The notes under the pieces were generated by a model. That model was not told where the DNA came from and ran no database searches. It worked only from the letters and a program-made list of their open reading frames with translations. Shown here in pieces: positions 48,076 to 58,784 of a stretch of 64,000 bases of DNA. A program made the translations under genes and the position numbers. Source of the stretch: Desulfomicrobium sp. (GTDB lineage: Bacteria; Desulfobacterota; Desulfovibrionia; Desulfovibrionales; Desulfomicrobiaceae); NCBI GenBank assembly GCA_040768745.1, contig JAXGMI010000002.1:224001-288000 (forward strand). Direction: 5' to 3'. Position 1 is the first letter of the stretch; every line of letters starts with the position of its first letter.

Positions 48076-48429
48076 TTATTCAGCTTCGATGTGCTCGATA
48101 TAGAGTTCTCTTCCGGAAATGATCGCGTGTCCCAGCTCCGTAGAACACTCGGGGCAGGGCATGAGGATGCGCTCTTCATGGCTGGGACTGAATTCGTGTC
48201 CGCACTGTCGGCAACGGACCTTCATGGGCTTGACCTCCACCTCGATTTTTGCTCCCGCCAGATGGGTATCCAGGGTCAGGACCTCGAACGCCGTCTCCAG
48301 CGCCTCGGGCACTATGGCTGAGATCTGGCCAGTGACTACCTTGACCAGGAGCAGTTTCTTGAGTCCGTGCCTGGTCATCTCCTCGCCAATGATCGTGATC
48401 AGGCTTTCGGCAATGGACAGTTCGTGCAT
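48076..48429 (-). CDS. hypA: Hydrogenase nickel metallochaperone
   Basis: MHELSIA, CRQC, CPEC, SGRELYI. Confidence 0.97.
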   Translation of the reverse strand: MHELSIAESLITIIGEEMTRHGLKKLLLVKVVTGQISAIVPEALETAFEVLTLDTHLAGAKIEVEVKPMKVRCRQCGHEFSPSHEERILMPCPECSTELGHAIISGRELYIEHIEAE

Positions 48430-48447
48430 GTTTTCTCCGGGGAGAGG

Positions 48448-48777
48448 CTAGGATCGGCGCTCCGACGCGTAAGCTGTGTCCAGGGCGTTGTCCAGGTCGA
48501 TTCGTGTCCGGGTCAGAAGACCGTTGGCCAAGGTGTACCGGTGCATTTCCCAATCCTGGTGATTGATGACGTCAATGATCCCGCGCGCATCGGGTCCCAG
48601 GATGGCCAGCATGGCCTCCAGGTCGCTGTCGAGGTCCAGGAATGGCCCTTCGTGCACAAAATCAAGCACATGCCCCCGGGCCTCGCATTCGTAACCAGAA
48701 AAAACTGTCGTGCATGCGCGGATCTGGGACTCGTCCAGTCCTGTCAGGTGGCCGTAGACGCGAAAATCGCGGGACAT
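48448..48777 (-). CDS. Hypothetical protein (109 aa)
   Basis: AAGGA RBS, co-oriented and tightly packed upstream of hypA. Confidence 0.7.
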   Translation of the reverse strand: MSRDFRVYGHLTGLDESQIRACTTVFSGYECEARGHVLDFVHEGPFLDLDSDLEAMLAILGPDARGIIDVINHQDWEMHRYTLANGLLTRTRIDLDNALDTAYASERRS

Positions 48778-48791
48778 GGAATTCCTTGGGG

Positions 48792-50429
48792 CTAATCGTG
48801 GAGAATGAAACAGTGGTAGCCGTATTGGGAAAGAACGGAAACCAGGTACTCGTCGGAAAAACGTCTGTCCAACAAGGCGATTTTGTGTGCGCTTGGAGCA
48901 ATTGTCCAGGCCGGGATCTGAATCTCGATGCGACGATCAACGCCTCCAGCCCAGGAGGCCTGGGCCATGCCCTGCCGCAGCATGTCCTTGTCCCTGAGCA
49001 GTTGCAGCAGGCTGGCCATGTTTTCAGGCAATGTCTGCCCGAAGAGTTCTTCGGGGTTTTCAGGGTTCATGGCCCGGATCACGTCCAGATGGGTGGCCAC
49101 TGGCACGTATATGGATTCACGGGGGCGGGCGGGAAGCCTTGAGAGTTCATTCATTTCGTCAAGTTCAATGATTTTGATCCGGCTGGGTTCGAGTATTTCT
49201 GGCAGGTTCTGCGGCAGGGGGGCTTCCGCTGCCTGCCTGGACCAGATCACATAGACATTTTTCTGGCCAGAGTATTCGATGATGGCTGTCAGCGGAGAGC
49301 GCAGGGACATGCTCAACCCGTTACGGGACAACACCAGATCCCTGTCCGCAGCCCACAGCCGGAAATTGTTCGGAAAGCTGGCGGCCAGTTTTTGCAAGAC
49401 TTCCCGCAGGGACCAGGACGGGGAGACAGAGCAGACCCGCATGCCCAGTGTGTTGGCATCACTGATCCACTCCGAACTCTTGGGCACGGGACAGAGAATG
49501 ACTTTTCCCCCCCATGGTGTTTCGAGCAGCGGGGTCTCCGGCATTTTGATCCGCAGCCAGCCCTTGCCCGGCACAGGATACATGGCCTCGTCCCCCGGCG
49601 TGAAGCTGAAGCGCATCTGTTCCAGCATGGAGCGCACAAAAGTCAGCCCTAGCACCGGCGTGCGAGTCTGAAGATCCTCGGATTTCGTGGGATTGACGGT
49701 CGCTGTTTCGATGGGAGAAGGGGGAATCGGCTCTGCCTGGGGTGTCATTGGAGAAGATGGGCGGGAAATTTCTGGAGAATTTGTGCCGGGCCCGGAAGAA
49801 GAGGATTTGCGCACTGTCAGGTATGGCAGGGGCGATGGCTCGGATTTGGGTGGTGTTCTGGCTGCCGTGTCCGCTGGGCGCGCAGAGGCTTGTGCTTTGG
49901 GCACGGGCACACTGATGTGCTGGCCGACGCGCAGGAGATCGGGATTTCGCACATCGGGATTGAGTTCCAGAAAGAGGGGCATGTACGAGCTGAAGATGAG
50001 CTCCTTTGATACGCCCTGGGACTCCAAAATTTCTGTCAGGGTATCGCCGCTGCGCACGATATAGGGCAATCTTGTGTAGGAGTCTGGCAGAGTCAGGGCA
50101 GGGGAAGGCTGTTTTGGGGCCGAGGCCGGAGCCACGTGTCCCGGAAGAAGAATGATTTGTCCAGGTCGCAGCGTGTTGAGGTCCGGGATATGCGGATTCA
50201 GCTGCTGCACCGTGGGCAGGAGACCGTGGATCTGGCTGGAGGAATAGCCCTTGTTGGTCAGGATCCTGACCAGCCACTCACCTTTTTGAACGGTGTGTTC
50301 CTGTCCGTCGGGGTATTCGGAAGGGATGCTTTTCTCGAAAAAAAGCCGCATCGGTTTTTCCGCGAATCCGGGCGCGGTTCTGCTTGTCAGGATGCACATG
50401 CCGAGAATAAGGAGATAAACACGTTTCAT
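48792..50429 (-). CDS. Exported two-LysM-domain protein
   Basis: Signal peptide; HTVQKGE...LNP..L.PGQ and YIVRSGDTL...LNP...LRVGQ; Pro/Ser linker. Confidence 0.8.
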   Translation of the reverse strand: MKRVYLLILGMCILTSRTAPGFAEKPMRLFFEKSIPSEYPDGQEHTVQKGEWLVRILTNKGYSSSQIHGLLPTVQQLNPHIPDLNTLRPGQIILLPGHVAPASAPKQPSPALTLPDSYTRLPYIVRSGDTLTEILESQGVSKELIFSSYMPLFLELNPDVRNPDLLRVGQHISVPVPKAQASARPADTAARTPPKSEPSPLPYLTVRKSSSSGPGTNSPEISRPSSPMTPQAEPIPPSPIETATVNPTKSEDLQTRTPVLGLTFVRSMLEQMRFSFTPGDEAMYPVPGKGWLRIKMPETPLLETPWGGKVILCPVPKSSEWISDANTLGMRVCSVSPSWSLREVLQKLAASFPNNFRLWAADRDLVLSRNGLSMSLRSPLTAIIEYSGQKNVYVIWSRQAAEAPLPQNLPEILEPSRIKIIELDEMNELSRLPARPRESIYVPVATHLDVIRAMNPENPEELFGQTLPENMASLLQLLRDKDMLRQGMAQASWAGGVDRRIEIQIPAWTIAPSAHKIALLDRRFSDEYLVSVLSQYGYHCFILHD

Positions 50430-50568
50430 TGTCGGGCTTTCACGTCCGGGACCGTCGTTGCTGACGGGCAATTCCATCAATGGAAACAAGAAACTAGCAA
50501 AAAGGTTTGAGGCTGTCACTGCATTGCGCCTCATGGAATTCACCGTGAACACGCTCAAGGAGTAGACC

Positions 50569-51222
50569 ATGTATGTAGGCTTGGCCATGCACAAGCATGT
50601 CCCCACCATCACCTCGGATACGCTGATCACAAAGGCCGACAAAATGATGGAGGAACATAAGCTTTGGATTTTGTTGGTTGTTGAAGATGGGATGCTGAAA
50701 GGGTTTGTCGCCAAGGAAGACATCCGGGCCGCCCTTCCGTCCGGTGCGACGACGTTCAGCAAGCACGAGCTGAACTACCTCTTGTCCAAGATGACGGTGA
50801 AAGAACTGGTCCGCTGCGGCATGCCCACCGTTACGCCTGAAACCGAGATAGAGGTCGCGGCCAAGATCATGCATGATCGGGACCTGGCCGGTTTGGCTGT
50901 GGTCGACAAGGACAACCGCCTCAAAGGGTATATCAGCCGCGGGTCCATGCTGGCTGTGCTGGTGGAAGAAATGGGACTGGAGCTGGGAGGGTCGCGCATT
51001 GCCATCGAGGTCGAGGACCGTAAGGGTCTGATGACCGAGGTCAGCCGGGTGTTCTTCGACCTGGGGGTGAACATTCTGTCCACGTCGACGTTTTTCCGGG
51101 GCAACAAGCGCCTGCTCGTCTTCCGCATCGAGTCCGCTGATGCCACAGCGATAGCAAAGGTTCTCACGGACAGGGGCTACAGGATCGCCGGACCCGAACG
51201 GTTCGAGCACGAGTGGGCATAG
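50569..51222 (+). CDS. CBS plus ACT domain protein (AcuB-like)
   Basis: AAGGAG RBS; ALPSGATT..HELNYLL, tandem CBS, C-terminal ACT (EDRKG). Confidence 0.88.
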   Translation: MYVGLAMHKHVPTITSDTLITKADKMMEEHKLWILLVVEDGMLKGFVAKEDIRAALPSGATTFSKHELNYLLSKMTVKELVRCGMPTVTPETEIEVAAKIMHDRDLAGLAVVDKDNRLKGYISRGSMLAVLVEEMGLELGGSRIAIEVEDRKGLMTEVSRVFFDLGVNILSTSTFFRGNKRLLVFRIESADATAIAKVLTDRGYRIAGPERFEHEWA

Positions 51223-51341
51223 GCTGCCGCATTCGTTTTTCCAGGCCGGTGCGGGGCAGGCCCTGGTGAGCAGCCGGGGCGCTGCACAACCTTTGTCCAG
51301 CACGCCTGATTTTTTGGACGTCCTCTTTCAAGGAGTGTGAC

Positions 51342-51767
51342 ATGCTGTGGATTCATCCTTTGCTTCAGCTTTTTGCTACGGGTCTTGCCGTGTACGTGCT
51401 CTCCCTCGGCTGGGTCCGGTTCCAGTCCAATCATTTCGGCAAGACAGGCAAATTCCAGTGGATGGAGCACGTCAAGTTCGGGAAATACGCCCATATCCTG
51501 TGGATGAGCGGCCTGGTGTTGGGCCAGTATGCCGTGAGCAAGTATTGGGGCAGCAACGGCGTCACGGGCAATCACTACTGGATCGGACAGCTGATGATGC
51601 CCTGTATTGCCGGGGGGTACATCACAGGGGTGATCATGGATCGCAACAAGCAGAGGCGGCAGTACATGCCCCTCGTTCACGGGGTATTCAACGCCCTGGC
51701 CGTGGTTTTGGCCCTGGCGCAAGCGGTTACCGGAGCGATTGTCATCCGGGATTTCATGCTGCTCTGA
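51342..51767 (+). CDS. Four-TM His-containing membrane protein (DUF4079/cytochrome b561-like)
   Basis: Four hydrophobic helices, each with a nearby His (IHP, EHV, NHY, VHG). Confidence 0.7.
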   Translation: MLWIHPLLQLFATGLAVYVLSLGWVRFQSNHFGKTGKFQWMEHVKFGKYAHILWMSGLVLGQYAVSKYWGSNGVTGNHYWIGQLMMPCIAGGYITGVIMDRNKQRRQYMPLVHGVFNALAVVLALAQAVTGAIVIRDFMLL

Positions 51768-51830
51768 GCAGCCCGTTTCGCTCCAAAGGCAACCTGCGCA
51801 GAACATCCGTTGTGTTGAGGCCGCCAAGGC

Positions 51831-53720
51831 TCATTTGAGCAGCCGGTTGATGATGTCCTTGTACTTCTTCTCTATGACGTGGCGTTTTTTCTTGAAGGAA
51901 TTGGTCAGTTCCTCCCCGAGAGTGAATTCCTTGTCCAGAAAATGGATGTTCTGCAGCTTTTCGTAGGGTTTGAAGCCTTTTTTGGGATTGAGGAGTTTGT
52001 TCATCTCCTCGCGCAGGCGGTCCAGAAGCTGCTTGTCCTTGAGGGCTTCCTCGGTTTCACCCAACACCTGATTGTATTTTTCCTGCACGAATTCACGTAG
52101 TTTCTCCAGGTCGGGCACAATCAGGGCGCCCAGTCCCTTCTTGTCCTGGCCCACCAGCACAGCGTCCTGCACAAAAGGGAACATGGACAGGGTGGCTTCG
52201 ATGTTGGTCGGATCCACATTTTCACCGCTGGCCAAGACGATGATTTCCTTGGCCCGGCCAGTGATGACCAGCTCGCCAGTCAGGGTCAACCGGCCCAGGT
52301 CTCCGGTACGGAAAAAGCCATCCGGGGTGAATGCCTGGGCGTTGGCCTCGTCGTTGTTGTAGTACCCCTTGAAGACCTGGGCCCCGCGGACCTGGATCTC
52401 TCCTTCGCTTCCGTTGGGCAGGGGCTGGTCGTTTTCGTCGACGATGCGCAGTTCTGTCTCACCCACCGGCGGACCAATGGTCCCGAAAATTTCGCATTGC
52501 AGACCCCGGCCGGCAATGCCCGGTGAGCATTCCGTCATGCCGTAGGCATTGATGATGCGGATGCCGATGGCGTCGATCCACTCATCCAGGAAGGCCGGCA
52601 GGCTCCCGCCGCCACTGATGGCCGCCTTGAGCCGGCCGCCAAACTTCTCCTGGACCATCACAAATTTTTTCTGGGCCAGGGCATAGAGCGGGGCCAGGGC
52701 CAGACAGGTCAAAGCCGCTCGGATTTTTGCGGCCAGGCGGCTCAGTCCGGATCTGGGAGCAAACACCGGAAGCTGGTCGCGCAGGATTCGCCTGTTGCGG
52801 CGGAAGTTGATGGAGATGGATACGAGGGCGTTGAAAATCTTTGCTTTTTTAGGGTCCTTTTTCTTCAGGCCAGCTGTGATCTTGGAATAGAGGGATTCCC
52901 AGATCCTTGGCACTGTGGCCACCAGGGTGGGCTTGTAGGTTTCCAGGTCTGCGGCGAAGGTGCGGATGCTGGAGTAGACCAGGCAACTCCCATTGGCCAC
53001 GCCGATGTATTCGGCTGTGCGTTCGAAGATGTGCCACGTGGGCAGGATGGATACCCACACGTCGCGTTCGTTCAGGTCAATGAGTACGGGCAGGGTTCGC
53101 ACGTTATGCATGATGTTGGAATGGTCCAGCATGACCCCTTTGGGGGTGCCCGTGGTCCCTGAAGTGTAAATGATGGTCAGGAGGGTCTCGGGGGTGATCC
53201 CCTGGGCCAGCCCTTTGAACCATTCTATGTCCTTGGGCTCGATGGTCCGCTCTTCAAGCAGTTCGGAGTAGGAATTTGCCTTGTCGAACCATGAGTGTTT
53301 TTCGGTTCCTGAAATGAGGAACACGCCGCGGGGTTTCAGGTTTTTGATCAGGCCCTGGTAGTCTTTGTAGAGTTTGTCCGTCTCGATGACCAGAAATTCC
53401 GCGCCGCTGTGCCCAACGATATACTCGATTTCCTTGGGTGGGGTGTCGCAGCCACGGGGCACGCTGACGGCGCCCAAGGCCTGCAGGGCAAGGTCGGTGA
53501 CGATCCAGGCATAACGATTGTCAGAGAGGAAAAAGACCTTGTCCCCTTTGCGTATTTTCTTGGCCTTGAAGGCCCTGGCCAGAATGAGCACATCCTCGAA
53601 GAATTTTTCGTAGGTGACACGTAATTCGTCCTCGCCTACCCGGTAGATGAAGGCCAGGTTGTCCTTGTGCCGCTCACAGCTTTCCAGAAACGAGTGGAAA
53701 AATGTCGGTGCAAAGGTCAT
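51831..53720 (-). CDS. Long-chain fatty acid-CoA ligase
   Basis: YTSGTTGTPKG, LPTWHIFER, YGMTE, FRTGDLG, GRAKE..GENV. Confidence 0.92.
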   Translation of the reverse strand: MTFAPTFFHSFLESCERHKDNLAFIYRVGEDELRVTYEKFFEDVLILARAFKAKKIRKGDKVFFLSDNRYAWIVTDLALQALGAVSVPRGCDTPPKEIEYIVGHSGAEFLVIETDKLYKDYQGLIKNLKPRGVFLISGTEKHSWFDKANSYSELLEERTIEPKDIEWFKGLAQGITPETLLTIIYTSGTTGTPKGVMLDHSNIMHNVRTLPVLIDLNERDVWVSILPTWHIFERTAEYIGVANGSCLVYSSIRTFAADLETYKPTLVATVPRIWESLYSKITAGLKKKDPKKAKIFNALVSISINFRRNRRILRDQLPVFAPRSGLSRLAAKIRAALTCLALAPLYALAQKKFVMVQEKFGGRLKAAISGGGSLPAFLDEWIDAIGIRIINAYGMTECSPGIAGRGLQCEIFGTIGPPVGETELRIVDENDQPLPNGSEGEIQVRGAQVFKGYYNNDEANAQAFTPDGFFRTGDLGRLTLTGELVITGRAKEIIVLASGENVDPTNIEATLSMFPFVQDAVLVGQDKKGLGALIVPDLEKLREFVQEKYNQVLGETEEALKDKQLLDRLREEMNKLLNPKKGFKPYEKLQNIHFLDKEFTLGEELTNSFKKKRHVIEKKYKDIINRLLK

Positions 53721-53809
53721 GCGCTGTACCCCCCAGAAAATCGATTCAATGCTGTTCGTGAAGCCCATCTGCCCCGGCAAACTCAAAACAGGTCTCACTC
53801 CTGAACGGT

Positions 53810-54523
53810 TCAGGACACTCTTTTGGCCATGACTTTGCGAAGGCGCAGGTTCAAAATTTCGACCAGAAGCGAAAAGCTCATGGCAAAGTAGATGTAGCCC
53901 CGGTCAATGTGCTTGCCCATGCCTTCGGCTACCAGAAACACGCCGATGAGGATGAGGAAGGACAGGGCCAGGATCTGGATTGTTGGTTGGCGTTTGACAA
54001 AAGCGCTGACCGTATCGGCGAAAAAAAGCATCACTCCCACGGCGGTCATGACTGCCGCAATCATGACGGATATCTGGCTGGCCATGCCCACAGCGGTGAT
54101 GACCGAATCCAGGGAGAAAATGATGTCAAGGATGGCGATTTGGGTTACGGCCGAGACAAAGCCGAGGCTTTTTCGGATGCGGATGTCCTCTTCGGGTTTG
54201 TGCTCAAGCTTTTCGTGGATTTCGAATGTGGCCTTGGCGATCAGGAAGAGTCCACCGCCAAGCAGGATGAGATCCCGACCAGACACTGAATGTTCCAGGA
54301 CCGAAAAAAGAGGGTCTGTCAGGCGCATGACCCAGATGATGGCGAAGAGCAGGGCAATTCGAGTCAGCATGGCCAGGGCTAGGCCGATCTTGCGGGCTTT
54401 GGACTGGACTGCTTCGGGCAGATTGTTGGTGATGATGACGATGAAGACAATGTTGTCGATGCCCAGCACTATTTCGAGGCTGGCCAGGGTCAGAAAAGCT
54501 ATGAGAGTCTGCACGTCGAGCAT
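53810..54523 (-). CDS. TerC-family membrane protein
   Basis: LEIVLGIDN, DIIFSLDSVITAVG, GYIYFAM. Confidence 0.93.
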   Translation of the reverse strand: MLDVQTLIAFLTLASLEIVLGIDNIVFIVIITNNLPEAVQSKARKIGLALAMLTRIALLFAIIWVMRLTDPLFSVLEHSVSGRDLILLGGGLFLIAKATFEIHEKLEHKPEEDIRIRKSLGFVSAVTQIAILDIIFSLDSVITAVGMASQISVMIAAVMTAVGVMLFFADTVSAFVKRQPTIQILALSFLILIGVFLVAEGMGKHIDRGYIYFAMSFSLLVEILNLRLRKVMAKRVS

Positions 54524-54684
54524 GGGAAACCCGTGAGTAAGGGGTGGATTGGCTGTAGCGTATCTGTTGCGTGTAGGGGAAGGGACGGTTCAAATCAAGT
54601 AACTGGAGGCTTCCAAGCCAGGGCCGTGTCTGCTATCGGCCAAGCATCGATTGCGCGATGACCGGATCCGCACCGGGGAGGGCT

Positions 54685-55827
54685 ATGATTCTCGACAACA
54701 GACCGTATTCCTTCGACAGGGTTGTGCGCATGGCCTTAACCGCCGCACTGCTCTGGGGCATAATCACGATCCTGGGCTACCTGAGCGATGTGCTCATCCC
54801 CTTTGCCGTGGCCTTGATCCTGGCCTATATCCTCAATCCCGCCGTATATAAAATTCAGTCCTTCGTGAAAAACAGAGGATTGGCCATCGGGGTGACCCTC
54901 CTTCTTTTTGTCCTGGCTCTGGTCGGTATATTTTGGGTTGTCGTTCCTCTCATGGGGCGGGAGATGGCCCACATGGGCCGGCTCATTTCGGAACTGGTCA
55001 GCAATTCCAAACTGGCCGAGGCAGCTGCCCAACGCCTGCCTCCGGACTTGTGGCAGGCGATACGCGAATATTTCAACACTCCGGAAGTGCAGAACTTCTT
55101 CCGCACGGACAGTTTCATCTCCATGGCCCAGAGTGCCCTGCGCAAGCTCCTGCCAGGCATCATGGGGCTCATCTCCGGCACCTACAGCGTGATCATGGCC
55201 CTGGTGGTTCCCGGGGTCGTGTGCATGTATTTGATTTTTCTTTTATTGGATTTTCAGAAAGTGCGTGTCGTATGGAAGGAAATGATCCCTCCATCCTACC
55301 GCGAAGGCGTGATTTCCTTCGTGGAGGAGTTCGATCTGGCCATGAGCCGTTATTTCCGGGGTCAGGTTCTGATTTCCGGAGCGCTCAGCGTTGTCTTCGC
55401 AGTGGGTTTCGTCCTGGTCGGCTTGCCTCTGGGCATCCTGCTCGGCATCCTGCTTGGCGTCATGAGCATGGTCCCCTACCTGCAGGTCCTGGGCGCAATC
55501 CCGGCGGTCATGGTCGCGGCCATCCACGCTCTGGAGACCGGCGAGTCCTTCTGGCTGGTTCTGGGCCTGACGGGACTGGTCTTCGTGGCCGCCCAGATTG
55601 TGCAGGACGTCATTCTGGTCCCGCGCATCATGGGCAAGGCCATGGGTTTGTCGCCGGCCGCCATGCTCCTTTCCCTGTCCATCTGGGGCAAACTCCTGGG
55701 CATGCTCGGGCTCATCATCGCCTTGCCCATGACCTGCCTGGTCCTGGCCTACTATCGCCGGTTGGTGCTCAGTCCGGCAGGCGGGCAGGTGGTTTCCCCG
55801 GTTTCGGAAATCGGAGGTGATGGATGA
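54685..55827 (+). CDS. AI-2E family transporter
   Basis: PFAVALILAYILNP, YFRGQ, VPYL, LVPRIMG, GLIIALP. Confidence 0.9.
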   Translation: MILDNRPYSFDRVVRMALTAALLWGIITILGYLSDVLIPFAVALILAYILNPAVYKIQSFVKNRGLAIGVTLLLFVLALVGIFWVVVPLMGREMAHMGRLISELVSNSKLAEAAAQRLPPDLWQAIREYFNTPEVQNFFRTDSFISMAQSALRKLLPGIMGLISGTYSVIMALVVPGVVCMYLIFLLLDFQKVRVVWKEMIPPSYREGVISFVEEFDLAMSRYFRGQVLISGALSVVFAVGFVLVGLPLGILLGILLGVMSMVPYLQVLGAIPAVMVAAIHALETGESFWLVLGLTGLVFVAAQIVQDVILVPRIMGKAMGLSPAAMLLSLSIWGKLLGMLGLIIALPMTCLVLAYYRRLVLSPAGGQVVSPVSEIGGDG

Positions 55828-56570
55828 AGTTGGACATGCGTGCTTTTTTGCGGGACGATCTCCGACTGAGGGTCGATTTTTCGGCCTCGGACCAGAACAG
55901 AGGGCTCGCCCCTCCTCGGGTGCAGAAGCCTGCACGGGAAACCCAGACGGTTCTCCCCCTGCCCCGTGATCCCGCCCAGACCTTTACCGGGCGCATGGAT
56001 CTGGTCCAGGCCCTGGGCGAGCGACACAGTCAACGGAAATGGCGCGACGAACCGCTGCGTCTGGAGGAGATCGGTTTCCTGCTTTGGGCTGTGCAGGGCG
56101 TACGCAAGATCGTCGGGCCGGGACAGGCTTTCCGGACAGTACCCTCGGCCGGATGCCGGCATTCGTTTGAAACGTATGTGCTGGCCAACGCATGCCCAGA
56201 TCTCCAACCCGGGGTTTACCGCTACCTCCCCCTCGATCACGGCCTGGTCCTGGAGCGTGCGGCCGGCCCGGATTTCTTCGCCCTCCAGCACGAAGCAGTC
56301 CTGCAGCAGGCCTTTGTGCCCAAGGCGCCGCTGGTCTTTGTCTGGACAACGGTCCCGTATCGGATGGAATGGCGTTACCTGGAAACGGCCTACAGGGTCA
56401 TCGCCATGGATGCCGGGCATGTCTGCCAAAATCTCTATCTTGCGGTCCAGGCCGTGGGATGCGGGACCTGCGCAGTGGGGGCCTTCCACCAAACAGCCTT
56501 GGACAGCTTCCTGGGCGTGGACGGGGAGGAGGAATTTGCCCTGTATCTCGCCCCCGTGGGCAAGGTTTGA
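55824..56570 (+). CDS. SagB/ThcOx-like nitroreductase-family protein
   Basis: RHSQRKW, RTVPSAG, GVYRY, DAGHVCQNLYL, GTCAVGAF. Confidence 0.88.
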   Translation: MKLDMRAFLRDDLRLRVDFSASDQNRGLAPPRVQKPARETQTVLPLPRDPAQTFTGRMDLVQALGERHSQRKWRDEPLRLEEIGFLLWAVQGVRKIVGPGQAFRTVPSAGCRHSFETYVLANACPDLQPGVYRYLPLDHGLVLERAAGPDFFALQHEAVLQQAFVPKAPLVFVWTTVPYRMEWRYLETAYRVIAMDAGHVCQNLYLAVQAVGCGTCAVGAFHQTALDSFLGVDGEEEFALYLAPVGKV

Positions 56571-56702
56571 GACCTTCCCCAGGACGGTAAGGTCATTCGG
56601 GTGTGGGCATCATCCGGCAGGGAGAGGCTTCGCCCTGGCTGGACAAACCGTGGGATTCTCCCTAGAAGTCGGTTCGTTCCGCAATCAACCAGCTTTTCAT
56701 CC

Positions 56703-58577
56703 ATGGCACTTATCAGCGCAAGCAGCCTTTCCCTGACTTTTTCCGGTCCGCCTCTTCTGGACAACTCAAGCCTGCAGATCCACGAAGGGGAGCGCATCTG
56801 CCTTCTGGGCCGCAACGGCGAGGGCAAGTCCACCCTGATGCGCATTCTTGCCGGTGACTTCCGCCCGGAATCCGGGGAGGTTCGGTGGGCCAAGGACCTG
56901 ACCATGGCCTCTCTGCCGCAGGAGGTGCCGGGGAACCTGACCGGGACCGTGTCCCACGTTGTCTCCTCCGGGGCAGGGGAGATCGGACGTTGCCTGGCGG
57001 CCCTGCGCTACGAAGGGACCGATATGTGTTCTGACCAGCATCTGGTGGCCAGGGCCCATGGCATGCTCGATGATCAGGCCGCCTGGAATCTGACCCAGAA
57101 GATTGAAACGGTCATCACCCACCTCGGCCTGGATCCCGACGCCCCGTTTGCCAGCCTGTCCGGCGGAGTCAAGCGTAAGACACTGCTGGCCCAGGCCCTG
57201 GCCGGCAATCCCGACGTCCTCTTCCTGGACGAGCCGACAAACCATCTGGACATAGCCGCAGTCCGCTGGCTTGAAGAATTTCTGGTCAAGCACGTGCGCA
57301 CCCTTTTCTTCGTCACCCATGATCGCATGTTCCTGCGCCATGTGGCGAACCGCATCCTGGAACTGGACAGGGGTCATCTCGTTGACTGGGCCTGTGATTA
57401 CGACACGTTCTTGAAGCGCAAAGAAGAGGTCCTGGCCACGGAGGAAGCGCTGTGGAGGCGCTTTGATCAAAAGCTGAAGGAAGAGGAGATCTGGATTCGC
57501 AAGGGCATCAAGGCCCGGCGCACGCGCAACGAGGGCCGGGTCCGGGCCCTGAAGGCCATGCGTGCGGAGCGCCGGCTGCGCCGGGAGCGGACCGGTACCG
57601 TGTCCATGCAGATTCAGGAAGCGCGGAAAAGCGGAGCCCTGGTTCTGGAGGTGAACAACATTTCGTTCGGCTGGGACGGGATCCCGGTCATCCGGAATTT
57701 CTCGGCCAACATCATGCGCGGGGACAAAATAGGGATCATCGGCCCCAACGGGGCGGGGAAGACCACGCTGCTCAAACTGCTGCTCGGCGAACTGCAGCCC
57801 CAGAGTGGCGAAGTCCACCAGGGCACGAACATCGAAGTGGCCTATTCCGACCAGATGCGCTCTCTTCTGGACGAGACCAAGACGGCCCGGGACATTGTCG
57901 GGGGCGGCTCGGATTATATTGACGTCCACGGCAACCGCCGCCATGTCATCGGCTACCTGAAGGATTTTCTGTTCACCCCGGAACGGGCCCAGACTGCTGT
58001 CAGCGTCCTTTCCGGCGGGGAGCGCAACCGCCTGCTTCTGGCTCGCCTTTTCACCCGGCCGTGCAACGTCCTGGTGCTGGACGAACCCACCAATGACCTG
58101 GACCAGGAAACCCTGGAACTGCTGGAGGAACTCATTGGGGAGTTCGAGGGCACGGTGCTGGTGGTCAGCCATGACCGTGAGTTTCTGAACAACACGGTGA
58201 CTTCCTGTTTCGCATTCGAGGGTGATGGGGTGGTCATCGAATACGCCGGCGGATACGACGACTGGCTGGTCCAGCGTCCTGTGGCCGAGAAGCCTGAACC
58301 GGTCCACATCAGACCGCAAAGGGCCAAGGCAGCCAAGCCCCGCAAGATGACCTACAGGGAAAATCAGGAACTGGAGGCCCTGCCCGGACGCATCGAGGAA
58401 ATGGAGGGCCGCATTGCCCAGCTGCATGAGCTGATGAACGATCCAGATTTCTACACCAACGACCATACAGTCGTGGCGACCGAGGCGGCCCGACTTGAAG
58501 CCCTGGAGGCAGAGCTCGATGTCCTGCTGACCCGATGGGACGAGCTGGAAGAGCTGCGCATGCTGTGCGATTCGTGA
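56703..58577 (+). CDS. uup: ABC-F ATPase Uup
   Basis: Two ABC domains (GRNGEGKST, GPNGAGKTT), GIKARRTRNEGRVRAL linker, C-terminal coiled coil. Confidence 0.93.
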   Translation: MALISASSLSLTFSGPPLLDNSSLQIHEGERICLLGRNGEGKSTLMRILAGDFRPESGEVRWAKDLTMASLPQEVPGNLTGTVSHVVSSGAGEIGRCLAALRYEGTDMCSDQHLVARAHGMLDDQAAWNLTQKIETVITHLGLDPDAPFASLSGGVKRKTLLAQALAGNPDVLFLDEPTNHLDIAAVRWLEEFLVKHVRTLFFVTHDRMFLRHVANRILELDRGHLVDWACDYDTFLKRKEEVLATEEALWRRFDQKLKEEEIWIRKGIKARRTRNEGRVRALKAMRAERRLRRERTGTVSMQIQEARKSGALVLEVNNISFGWDGIPVIRNFSANIMRGDKIGIIGPNGAGKTTLLKLLLGELQPQSGEVHQGTNIEVAYSDQMRSLLDETKTARDIVGGGSDYIDVHGNRRHVIGYLKDFLFTPERAQTAVSVLSGGERNRLLLARLFTRPCNVLVLDEPTNDLDQETLELLEELIGEFEGTVLVVSHDREFLNNTVTSCFAFEGDGVVIEYAGGYDDWLVQRPVAEKPEPVHIRPQRAKAAKPRKMTYRENQELEALPGRIEEMEGRIAQLHELMNDPDFYTNDHTVVATEAARLEALEAELDVLLTRWDELEELRMLCDS

Positions 58578-58784
58578 GACCCATGCCGCGCGGGCATCCA
58601 TTTCTTTCGCGTCAAAAATTCTGTTGGGGCCGCACAAGGGCTTGCTGGACCGGCCAGCATGCCTTCAGCAGGGATCCGCGCATGACTCCCCTGGCCCCGG
58701 GATCTTTCAAACCACAGCATCCGGGTTTTCAGCCGCGTCGCGGCCGTCCATGTGAAACCCGGAGCGTTGGACAGGAGTAGACGG

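Noticed and set aside
55824..56570. SagB/ThcOx-like gene as part of a RiPP cluster
   Set aside because: No YcaO, precursor peptide or dedicated exporter nearby; stand-alone members of this family are common
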